Below, piece by piece: positions 18,822 through 27,610 of a stretch of 64,000 nucleotides of DNA. Numbering within the stretch: position 1 is the stretch's first letter; the number at the start of each line of letters is the position of its first letter. The stretch comes from Bdellovibrionales bacterium. GTDB taxonomy: Bacteria > Bdellovibrionota > Bdellovibrionia > Bdellovibrionales > UBA1609. Location: NCBI GenBank assembly GCA_965261545.1, contig CBDHDF010000010.1:928001-992000 (forward strand). The letters are read 5' to 3'. A program made the position numbers and the translations under genes. The notes beneath the pieces were generated by a model. The model was not told the DNA's origin. It searched no databases and saw nothing but the letters and a program-made list of their open reading frames with translations.

Positions 18822-20405
18822 ATGTCGACAACGACGGGTCATAACTATATTAATCACGAAAAAGGGCTGTGGTCTTGGCTGACCACCTTGGATCACAAGA
18901 GAATTGGCCTTCTCTACATGATAACTGTTCTGACGTTTTTTTTCATAGGTGGTATTTTTGCCATGCTCATTCGTGCAGAGCTTTTTTCTCCTGGGCCTAC
19001 TCTTATGGATGGTGCCACTTACAACCAAATTATGACATTCCATGGGGCCATCATGGTTTTTATGGTCATTATTCCTGGTATTCCAGCTTTTCTTGGCAAT
19101 ATGATATTGCCTCTGCACTTGGGAGCAAAGGATGTGGCCTTCCCTAGATTGAATTTGCTCAGTTGGTACTGCTTGGTCATTGGAGCTATCATTGCCTTTG
19201 CCTCTCTTCTTGCCAGCGGGTCAGATACAGGCTGGACTTTTTACACTCCTTACAGCATCGACACCAGTGGAGGGACCCTTTACATGGTTCTTGGAGCTTT
19301 TGTCATGGGTTTTTCCTCCATTCTTACAGGACTTAACTTCATTGTGACCACTCACACGCTGCGAGCCCCAGGCATGACATTTTTTAAAATGCCCCTCTTT
19401 GTTTGGGCTCTTTATTCTACGGCCATTATTCAAGTTCTCGCCACTCCAGTTCTCGCCATCACTTTGTTGTTACTTGCCATGGAGAGGATCATGGGGATTG
19501 GCTTTTTTGATGCTGATTTGGGCGGAGACCCCGTGTTGTTTCAGCATTTTTTTTGGTTTTACTCCCACCCAGCCGTTTATATTATGATCCTTCCCGCCAT
19601 GGGCATTGTCAGTGAACTAATCACAACTTTTTCTAGAAAGGTGATCTTTGGCTACAGAGCCATTGCCTTTTCTAGTGTGGGCATTGCAGCGGTGAGCTTT
19701 TTTGTTTGGGGTCACCACATGTTTGTCAGTGGTCAATCTTATTTGGCGAGTATGATTTTTTCTTTCATCACGATGCTTGTGGGTGTACCCACCGCCATTA
19801 AAACTTTTAATTGGGTCGCCACCATGTATAAGGGATCTATTCAGTTTCAGTCTCCCATGTTATTTGCCCTTGGTTTTCTTTTTCTTTTCACCATAGGTGG
19901 TGTGACGGGAATTATGTTGGCTGTGGTGGGTGTGGATGTTCATTTTCACGACACCTATTTTGTAGTGGCTCACTTTCATTATGTCATGGTCGGAGGGACC
20001 CTTATGGCCATTATGGGAGGAATATATTACTGGTTTCCAAAAATGTTTGGGAAAATGTACAACGAATTGGCTGCCCAATGGAGCTTTGCCTTTATTTTTA
20101 TTGGATTTAACGTGACTTTTTTTCCCCAATTTATCCTAGGTTCCATGGGAATGCCTCGAAGATATTTCGACTACCTCCCCGCCTATGAGTCCCTCAATAA
20201 GATATCTTCCCTAGGGGCTTGGACCATTGGGGTAGGTTTTCTCATTGGCCTTTATGTGATTATTCACGGATTGATGAAAGGTGAAAAAGCCCCGAGCAAT
20301 CCATGGGGGAGCAAAACACTGGAGTGGCAAACCTCCTCTCCACCTCCCCATGAGAATTTTGACAAAGAACCCATCGTCACAGGAGGCCCCTATGAGTACT
20401 GCTAG
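18822..20405 (+). CDS. ctaD: Cytochrome c oxidase subunit I (A2 type)
   Basis: [28 protein letters not shown]. Confidence 0.97.
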   Translation: MSTTTGHNYINHEKGLWSWLTTLDHKRIGLLYMITVLTFFFIGGIFAMLIRAELFSPGPTLMDGATYNQIMTFHGAIMVFMVIIPGIPAFLGNMILPLHLGAKDVAFPRLNLLSWYCLVIGAIIAFASLLASGSDTGWTFYTPYSIDTSGGTLYMVLGAFVMGFSSILTGLNFIVTTHTLRAPGMTFFKMPLFVWALYSTAIIQVLATPVLAITLLLLAMERIMGIGFFDADLGGDPVLFQHFFWFYSHPAVYIMILPAMGIVSELITTFSRKVIFGYRAIAFSSVGIAAVSFFVWGHHMFVSGQSYLASMIFSFITMLVGVPTAIKTFNWVATMYKGSIQFQSPMLFALGFLFLFTIGGVTGIMLAVVGVDVHFHDTYFVVAHFHYVMVGGTLMAIMGGIYYWFPKMFGKMYNELAAQWSFAFIFIGFNVTFFPQFILGSMGMPRRYFDYLPAYESLNKISSLGAWTIGVGFLIGLYVIIHGLMKGEKAPSNPWGSKTLEWQTSSPPPHENFDKEPIVTGGPYEYC

Positions 20406-21138
20406 CTCTCCAACCTCTGACTCTCCAGCTACCACTGCTAGCGCTAGCTCTTCCGTGGCAGCCAGTGCCACGGCTGCCAAGGTGTCATCTTCTAAAATGT
20501 CACCCAAGAGAAAGCGTAAGCCCGCCCATCATTTTAAGAATGCTCAGCATGAGTTCGATGCAAGCATGTTGGGTGTGTGGTTGTTTCTTTGCACAGAGAT
20601 ATTGATGTTTGGAGGTTTGTTTGTGGCCTATGCTATTTTTAACAACCTCTACCCCGAAGCCTTTGCTGAGGGAGCTTCCCATTTGGACTGGCGAATGGGA
20701 GCTGTCAACACAGTTATTCTTCTTGTAAGTTCCTTCACAATGGCCATGGGGATTTACTATGCACAGAGGGCAAAAAATCGCAAATGTGTGCAAATGCTAG
20801 CCCTAACCCTTCTTTGTGGGCTTGGGTTTATGGTGGTCAAATACTTTGAGTATACCCACAAGATTCATATTGGCTTAGTCCCTGGGGATCTCTTTAGCTT
20901 CACAGGTGGTGAGTCTCAGCACCTTGCTCTTTATTTCTCCCTTTATTTTTGCATGACGGGCCTTCATGGCACCCATGTTCTTGCGGGAATGGGTTTGATT
21001 TTATGGGTCTTATTGAGAGCCCGAAAAAATGAATTCAGTAGTGATTACTACACCCCCGTGGAAGGAGTGGGCCTTTTTTGGCATTTGGTGGACTTAATAT
21101 GGATTTACTTGTTTCCCTTGCTCTACTTGGTGGGCTAG
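20392..21138 (+). CDS. coxC: Cytochrome c oxidase subunit III
   Basis: [40 protein letters not shown] before ATG 20392. Confidence 0.93.
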   Translation: MSTASSPTSDSPATTASASSSVAASATAAKVSSSKMSPKRKRKPAHHFKNAQHEFDASMLGVWLFLCTEILMFGGLFVAYAIFNNLYPEAFAEGASHLDWRMGAVNTVILLVSSFTMAMGIYYAQRAKNRKCVQMLALTLLCGLGFMVVKYFEYTHKIHIGLVPGDLFSFTGGESQHLALYFSLYFCMTGLHGTHVLAGMGLILWVLLRARKNEFSSDYYTPVEGVGLFWHLVDLIWIYLFPLLYLVG

Positions 21139-21179
21139 GGTGCCTTAATTAAAGTCACAAATAGGAATAGGAGAAAGAC

Positions 21180-21494
21180 ATGAGTGAAGGACACCATTTC
21201 TTACCAGCAAAGATTTACATAAATGCTATTATAGCTCTTCTTATACTCACCGTAATCACTGTGGGGGTAGCGAAGCCTGTTTCTGGCTTTGATGCTGGTA
21301 TTTTCAATGCCCTTATTGCCATGCTCATTGCCACAATCAAAGCGACCATTGTTCTCGCCTTTTTTATGCAGCTTAAGTATACAAATAAGCTCTTTTTAGT
21401 GATTATACTCACTGGGGTCTTTTTTCTATTTCTTATGTTTGGCTTTAGTTATTTAGATATTGCTTCAAGAGCTTTTCAACCGAGTACACTTTGA
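21180..21494 (+). CDS. Cytochrome c oxidase subunit IV
   Basis: 3 TM; IATIKATIVLAFFMQLKY; operon position. Confidence 0.88.
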   Translation: MSEGHHFLPAKIYINAIIALLILTVITVGVAKPVSGFDAGIFNALIAMLIATIKATIVLAFFMQLKYTNKLFLVIILTGVFFLFLMFGFSYLDIASRAFQPSTL

Positions 21495-21510
21495 AATCAT
21501 CGAGTCCATT

Positions 21511-22383
21511 GTGAAATCATTTTTTGAATTGACCAAATTTGGAATTTGCCTCTTTGTACTTTTAAGTGCTCTGGCGGGCTTTTGTGTGAGCTTTCCCGTG
21601 GGTGAAGCTCTTGAGTTTTGGAAGCCCCTTCTCCTTGTGGCTGGCATTTATCTCGTGAGTGCCGGGAGCTTTGCCATCAATCAAGCCCAAGAATGGAAGA
21701 TTGACCGGTTCATGCCACGCACTCAGAGTCGCCCCGTTGTTTCAGGTATTTACTCCCCCACACAAGCCTATCTCATAGGTTTCATCATGGTGCTAGCTGG
21801 ACTCCTTGCCCTTGTGCTTCTTCATAGTTTCACTGCTCTCCTCGCCCTGATCACAGTTCTTCTCTACAATGGTTGTTACACTCTGATTTGGAAGAAGAAG
21901 TGGGCCTTTGGGGCCGTTCCTGGGGCCATTCCTGGGGCTATGCCTGTGGTCATTGGTTATTCGGTCAATGTAGGAACTGCCATTTTTTCACCTGAAAGCA
22001 TTTATTTGTTTGCCATTATGTTTTTGTGGCAAATGCCCCACTTTTGGTGCTTGGCCATTCGCTTTAAAGAAGACTATCAAAAGGGAGGAATTCCTGTTCT
22101 TCCCCTTCAAATTGGAGATACGCAAACAACCTATCACATTGGTTTGTACACTATTGTGTACATAGGCTTAGCCCTTGCGGCTCCCCTTTTTACAAAAGCT
22201 CACTTTCTTCACCTGTTTGTAGTGATTCCTCTGGCTCTTAAAATTATTTTTGAATTTATGAAGTTTTACCGTGGAGACCCAAAAAAACAATGGCTTCCTT
22301 TTTTTCTTTGGGTGAACTTAAGTGTGATTGTGTTTCTCATGGTCCCAGCCATTGAAAAATGGATATTTTATCGCTGGGTATGA
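21511..22383 (+). CDS. ctaB: Heme O synthase (protoheme IX farnesyltransferase)
   Basis: ELTK, ID..M.RT..RP, GAIPGA.P, FLWQMPHFW; GTG start chosen. Confidence 0.93.
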   Translation: MKSFFELTKFGICLFVLLSALAGFCVSFPVGEALEFWKPLLLVAGIYLVSAGSFAINQAQEWKIDRFMPRTQSRPVVSGIYSPTQAYLIGFIMVLAGLLALVLLHSFTALLALITVLLYNGCYTLIWKKKWAFGAVPGAIPGAMPVVIGYSVNVGTAIFSPESIYLFAIMFLWQMPHFWCLAIRFKEDYQKGGIPVLPLQIGDTQTTYHIGLYTIVYIGLALAAPLFTKAHFLHLFVVIPLALKIIFEFMKFYRGDPKKQWLPFFLWVNLSVIVFLMVPAIEKWIFYRWV

Positions 22384-22389
22384 TGGTGA

Positions 22390-23283
22390 TTGTGGCGGTT
22401 GATGATATTGAGGCGAGGTTTCTTTTTTCTCAGTATAGGTCTTTTGATTGTTATCGCTCTAGGTGTTTTGACCCGTGCCATGAATGCCGGCCTTGCTTGC
22501 CCCGACTGGCCCCTGTGTTTTGGTGATCTCATTCCAGATTATCACCCTCAAGTGTATTTGGAATTTATTCATCGCGCCGCTGCGGGAGTCATGGGCCTTG
22601 TTCTTATGGCTCTTTGTGGAAAAGTGGCCATTTCTAAAGATTTGACAAAGGCACAACGTGGTGTGGCCCTCGCCGCTTTCCCTTTATTATTTCTACAGGT
22701 TTTTTTAGGTTGGAGAACAGTCGCCGACCTATTGGAAGAAAAAACAGTGACGGGGCACCTTATATTTGGCTTTTCTCTTTTTGTTATCTCCACTTGGCTT
22801 CACCAAAGTTTTCAATATCCCCCCAAAAACAACAAATCTAAAAAAAACAACAGAAAAACTGCCATCTCAAAAGGTTTGAACTTATTTCTCCATACTATTT
22901 TGATCGCCATTGTTGTCCAAGTGGTGCTGGGGGCTTTGGTGGCCTCCCACTATGCCGCTGTGGTTTGCACGGATTTTCCTCTTTGTGGAGGTGAGTTTAT
23001 TCCCACCCTTCATGGAATTGTGGGTCTTCATATCCTCCATCGTCTTGGAGCTTACACGGTGGGAACCTTGGTGTTGGTCCTTTTTGTGATAATGCGAAAA
23101 TGGCCTTCCTCTCCTCTTAAGTTGTGGACCCATCGTCTGTCTTTTCTCGTTTTTGTCCAGTTTATCGTGGGTATCTCAAACATTATTTTTTATCGCCCTC
23201 CCCTTATCACAGTGATCCACTCTGTGATTGCGGTTCTTATTGTTATGAGCATGGTTCGAATTCTTTGTGCAAAGAAGGTGTGA
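22390..23283 (+). CDS. ctaA: Heme A synthase (COX15/CtaA)
   Basis: GLACPDWPLC, EFIHR, C.DFPLC, HR. Confidence 0.93.
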   Translation: MWRLMILRRGFFFLSIGLLIVIALGVLTRAMNAGLACPDWPLCFGDLIPDYHPQVYLEFIHRAAAGVMGLVLMALCGKVAISKDLTKAQRGVALAAFPLLFLQVFLGWRTVADLLEEKTVTGHLIFGFSLFVISTWLHQSFQYPPKNNKSKKNNRKTAISKGLNLFLHTILIAIVVQVVLGALVASHYAAVVCTDFPLCGGEFIPTLHGIVGLHILHRLGAYTVGTLVLVLFVIMRKWPSSPLKLWTHRLSFLVFVQFIVGISNIIFYRPPLITVIHSVIAVLIVMSMVRILCAKKV

Positions 23284-23324
23284 TTCATTAAAGAAGGTCT
23301 AATCCATTAAAGAGCCTGTTTTCC

Positions 23325-24437
23325 TCATTCCACAAATTCATTCCACAAAGTCTTAACGGAAGAGAGCACACGATCACTGGAAACATCTTTCATGCACCGA
23401 TGATGCCCCTTAGGACATACTTCGGAGCCTTGAGTGCTACAAGGACGGCAGATCAAAGGGATACCTATCACCTCTGAGGAAGATTTAAAAGGGGAGAAAC
23501 CAAATTCTGGAACTGTGGGGCCAAAAATAGCCGTGACAGGGACCTGTAAAGCCGCTGCCATATGCATAAGACCTGAGTCATTGCTAACAAGTCCACGGCA
23601 TTGACTTAACAAAGCTGCAGTATCCATGAGGGATAACTGTCCCACACTATTTAAAACAGGGACTTGGAGCCTCAATTGACGATACAACTCCTCGGCCAGT
23701 GGCACTTCGTCCTGACTCCCGAAAATAACAATAGAGGCTTGTTTCTGCTCCGCCATTTTCTGAGCCACAGAGACAAAGCCCTCCACAGGCCACTGCTTTG
23801 TCGCCCAGCGAGCCCCAGGAGCCAAAGCGAGGAAAGAGGGAGAAGGGACACTCCCCCTAGGGGAAATGTTTTTCTTAGAAGAAAGATTTTTCTTAGAAGA
23901 AAGGTTCTCTTCAATATAGACTTTCATCGCTTCACGACGACCGGGCTCAAGATGCATTTCAAGCCCAGACAAGGGGGCCGTGATCCCCAGTCGCCGAAGG
24001 GGGGCTGCGTATAACTCGGGCACAGAAGTTTTCTTTTGCAAAGTATTCCACCCACAGTGGACAAGCATAGACCGTCGCAAGATACGTTTATTGTAAACCA
24101 ATTTATAACGAGCTTTGGAAGCCTGTAAAAGTAAGAGGCTTCTCAACTTACAATGAAGATCCAGAACCATATCATAGGATTGTTGACGCACCTGATGAGA
24201 CATGTCACTCATGGGCTGATCTGGTTTAAAGGTCAATAGTTGGGAAATATCGGGATGGGCACGAAGTAGATCCCGATACTGATATTTTATGAGGACATCT
24301 ATTTGAGCCTGGGGACAAGCATTGCGCAACAAACGCAAAATAGGAGTGATGAGTAAAATATCCCCCAAGGAACTCAGACGTATCACAAGAATGCGCTGGA
24401 GTTTCTTAAAATCTATGGAGCGAGAAACGATAGACAT
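23325..24437 (-). CDS. waaF: Glycosyltransferase family 9 (heptosyltransferase)
   Basis: ILVIRLSSLGD, PGA.W.TKQWP, SNDSGLMHMAAA, FGPT. Confidence 0.88.
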   Translation of the reverse strand: MSIVSRSIDFKKLQRILVIRLSSLGDILLITPILRLLRNACPQAQIDVLIKYQYRDLLRAHPDISQLLTFKPDQPMSDMSHQVRQQSYDMVLDLHCKLRSLLLLQASKARYKLVYNKRILRRSMLVHCGWNTLQKKTSVPELYAAPLRRLGITAPLSGLEMHLEPGRREAMKVYIEENLSSKKNLSSKKNISPRGSVPSPSFLALAPGARWATKQWPVEGFVSVAQKMAEQKQASIVIFGSQDEVPLAEELYRQLRLQVPVLNSVGQLSLMDTAALLSQCRGLVSNDSGLMHMAAALQVPVTAIFGPTVPEFGFSPFKSSSEVIGIPLICRPCSTQGSEVCPKGHHRCMKDVSSDRVLSSVKTLWNEFVE

Positions 24438-24495
24438 AGAATGTTATGACATGGCAAAACGCTCTTTTCAAGTTCTATTCGTATTCGACCGTTGT

Positions 24496-25065
24496 TCAAT
24501 CTGCGACAGCGACCACAGACTTGATTTCGGGAATCAGTTTGCACATACGCACCTCAACACCATCCTTCAAGGTCACCATGGCACTAGGACACCCCGAACA
24601 AGCTCCCCGCATTTGAAGATAAAGAATATTGTCTTCATATTTGTGAAACTGAATATCTCCTCCGTCCATGGCCACCACAGGTCGAATTTCTGAATTTAAA
24701 ATTTCTTTGATTCTCTTCACAACGGGGGAGTCCCCCTCATTAATTTCTGTTGTGGAAGATTTTGAAACCATATCTTCCATCTGAACAACAATGGGAAGAC
24801 CTTGATTTAAGTGCTCTCCAAGAAGGTGGGCCAAGGGGTCAGCAATAGTTTCCCAATCCACCCAGTCCTGCTTGGTGATGGTCACAAAGTCTTGACCAAT
24901 AAAAACACCAGACACCCACGGAAAACCAAAAATCTTTTGAGCCAAAGGAGAGTGCTGAGATGCCATAGGATCATCAAATTGAAGGTTTTCTTGGCTTATC
25001 TGGCAGCCCATATTAAATTTCATTGTTTGGGGATTGGGGGTGGCTTCATAGTGGACTTGGGTCAT
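24496..25065 (-). CDS. nfuA: NifU/Nfu-type Fe-S carrier
   Basis: TPNP.TMKF; IRP..AMDGGD; GACSGCPS. Confidence 0.9.
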   Translation of the reverse strand: MTQVHYEATPNPQTMKFNMGCQISQENLQFDDPMASQHSPLAQKIFGFPWVSGVFIGQDFVTITKQDWVDWETIADPLAHLLGEHLNQGLPIVVQMEDMVSKSSTTEINEGDSPVVKRIKEILNSEIRPVVAMDGGDIQFHKYEDNILYLQMRGACSGCPSAMVTLKDGVEVRMCKLIPEIKSVVAVAD

Positions 25066-25109
25066 AAAAGTTGCTCCTGGATCATAAGAGTTGCTCCACC
25101 ATCATACAC

Positions 25110-25181
25110 ATACCTCACCTTTATATATACCTTATACCTTACCTTTATATATATCTTAACCTTTATATATATCTTACCTTT
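25110..25181. repeat. Degenerate tandem repeat (ACCTTTATATATA.CTT)
   Basis: Three near-copies in the divergent intergenic region, no unique spacers. Confidence 0.8.
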
Positions 25182-25246
25182 GAATGGATTATGAGGATTT
25201 TCTTTCAGTTTGTGCTTTTTGCTCACCATCAAGGTATTCTTCAATT

Positions 25247-26170
25247 ATGCCCTTACTTCTTAGCCCCTCATTTTTTTTGCCTTTTTTGCCTTCTTTGCTT
25301 TTTCACAATTTCATTCTTGTCACTCTTATAACAACACTCATGGAACTGTTTCTAAGCACTCAAAGTGTCCATGCTCAAATGAGCCGCAATTTCAACTCTG
25401 ATACACAGCCTCGCTATGAGTTGGGAATGGGGACCATTGGTCTTCACCTACCGGACTACCCTGGAGCCAACCAAAGCCAATGGCGACTCATTCCCTTTCC
25501 ATGGTTTGTCTATCGAGGAGATCACCTGAAACGAGACGATGAGGGCAGTCGGTGGCAGTTATGGCACTCAAAGCATCACGAGTTGAGCCTAGCTCCCTAT
25601 TTTCACTTTCCCGTGGAGTCAACAAAGGACTCCCCACGCCACGGAATGCCTGACCTCGACTACCTCATAGGGGTGGGGCCACGAATGCTCTCTCGCCTTA
25701 TTCCCAATCATCACTTGCACCGCCTCAACTTTGTGACCTCCTTGGTAGGGGTGTCTTCCACAGATTTTCACCGTCGATTCCAAACCCAGGGCTTGGATTT
25801 TCAAACAAGTTTAGACTATTGGTATCTATGGCCCCATACAGATACAACCCTCTTTTCTAGTTTCAGTTTGAGATTTGGCTCTCGAAATCTAAATCGCTAT
25901 TTCTATGAAGTTCGCCCCATTCATGCGACTCCCCAACGACCGGTCTACAAAGCCCGCAGCGGCCTTGTTTCATCATCTCTATCCTTGGGCATAGGAAACA
26001 ATTTCATCGACAATATATTTGTCTTCATGAGTGGATCCTGGCGAAACTTTGAGTTCGCAAGCAACAAGAAAAGTTCCCTTGTCAAGTCCTCTAACAATGT
26101 TGGCGTGGTTCTTGGGGTTATATGGACCTTTTGGGAGTCCCACGCCACAGTTCAAAGAATACAAGAATGA
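25247..26170 (+). CDS. MipA/OmpV family outer membrane protein (start uncertain)
   Basis: ELGMG..PDYPGA..IPFP..YRG; R.GMPDLD; YFYEV. Confidence 0.8.
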   Translation: MPLLLSPSFFLPFLPSLLFHNFILVTLITTLMELFLSTQSVHAQMSRNFNSDTQPRYELGMGTIGLHLPDYPGANQSQWRLIPFPWFVYRGDHLKRDDEGSRWQLWHSKHHELSLAPYFHFPVESTKDSPRHGMPDLDYLIGVGPRMLSRLIPNHHLHRLNFVTSLVGVSSTDFHRRFQTQGLDFQTSLDYWYLWPHTDTTLFSSFSLRFGSRNLNRYFYEVRPIHATPQRPVYKARSGLVSSSLSLGIGNNFIDNIFVFMSGSWRNFEFASNKKSSLVKSSNNVGVVLGVIWTFWESHATVQRIQE

Positions 26171-26476
26171 AAGAATGCATAGCCATGAAAAAGTGCATGT
26201 CTCCTTGACGATGAATCTATTTGCATTCTGCTTCTAGTCTATAACTCTCATGGGACCACTCTGCTGGCTCAAAACAAGACTTTCCTACAAGTCTCCGCAA
26301 ATATGTCCGATAAGAATGATGTCCAGTAAAGTGAAGCGAAAGTAACAAATTCACTCCAAAATCACTGTACCTAGGTAGTTTCTGTCCGAAAATGGCTTTT
26401 TTGGGCTCATTGCTCATTAGTAGGCAAAAAGGGTCAAGGAACTAGGTAGATGTAGGAGCCACTGAAAGGGAGACAT

Positions 26477-27118
26477 ATGTCTGTATCCAAATGGGCCATT
26501 GAGGGGACCAGTGCCCTTCTTCAGGCTGTCAAAATCAAGGACTCCTATACTTTTTATCACTGCTGTCGAGTGGGGCGGCAGGCTCGATTATTGGCTCGGT
26601 CTATGGGTCTAGGGGAACATGAGCAAACCATTCTGGAGTTTGCTGGACTCTTTCATGACATAGGGAAAATAGGAATTCCAGATAACATCCTACAAAAACC
26701 AGGCCGCCTGAACGAAGAGGAAATGGCACTCATAAAAAACCACCCTGAAATGAGTGCTAACATTATCAAAAAATTTACCAGTGAAGAGTTTTTTAAACTT
26801 CTCTTACCTGGCGTCAGTTGTCACCACGAAAGATATGACGGAAATGGCTACCCCTATAAAATCGAAGGAGACAATATCCCCCTCTCAGCAAGAATCATTG
26901 CTGTGGTGGATGCCGTGGATGCCATGACACACACACGAGCCTACCGCAAAACACCCCTATCTATGAACATGGCCAAAAAAGAACTTATCGAATGCTCTGG
27001 AACCCAGTTTGACAAACATGTTGTAAAAATCTATTTAAACGCCAGCAGGTTTTACGAATCCTCAGATCAACAAGACGAAAATGAAGTTATTATTGAAGAA
27101 ATACTAAAAGCCGCATAA
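26477..27118 (+). CDS. HD-GYP phosphodiesterase
   Basis: HDIGKIG, HHERYDGNGYP, DAM...RAYR. Confidence 0.92.
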   Translation: MSVSKWAIEGTSALLQAVKIKDSYTFYHCCRVGRQARLLARSMGLGEHEQTILEFAGLFHDIGKIGIPDNILQKPGRLNEEEMALIKNHPEMSANIIKKFTSEEFFKLLLPGVSCHHERYDGNGYPYKIEGDNIPLSARIIAVVDAVDAMTHTRAYRKTPLSMNMAKKELIECSGTQFDKHVVKIYLNASRFYESSDQQDENEVIIEEILKAA

Positions 27119-27610
27119 ACCACAATGGCCAGCCGACAATGCGACCCATTCAAATATTACCAGTAACTGCTCACTCCTTGGCGATCTATTTGTTACCTGC
27201 GGCGGTGGCTCCTTTCAACGTACCCAAAGTACGCCTCCAGTCGCCGCCACCTTGGTGCCTCGTAACTCAAAAAAAAATCTTTCCACAGCCCTTTTTCTGC
27301 CCAGCGATTGAATTGGTGCTGGCTTCGCCAGGTTGGATGCGCTTGGCTAAAATGAGGACACGCCCTAGTCAACTTATCAATTTTATTTGATTCTTTATCG
27401 ACTGTTTTCTCAAGACTTTTTATTTTCTCATTATGAACAGAGATATCTATGGAAAGAAAATCTTTTACTTTTTTGGGAGAGCCTTGATTTCGTCTTCAGA
27501 AAGCCCTGTTGCTTCGGCTATCTCCAAAACCTCCTGTCCTTTTAAAATCATCTTTAAAGCAATGGCCTCTCTCTCTCTTTCCTTCGCCCTTTTTCAAGCC
27601 CCTCTTCATG

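Noticed and set aside
16025..23283. cox operon as a novel system
   Set aside because: Standard A2-type caa3 oxidase with assembly genes.
25110..25181. Repeat array as a CRISPR
   Set aside because: Short, degenerate, AT-rich units with no unique spacers, and no cas genes in the window.
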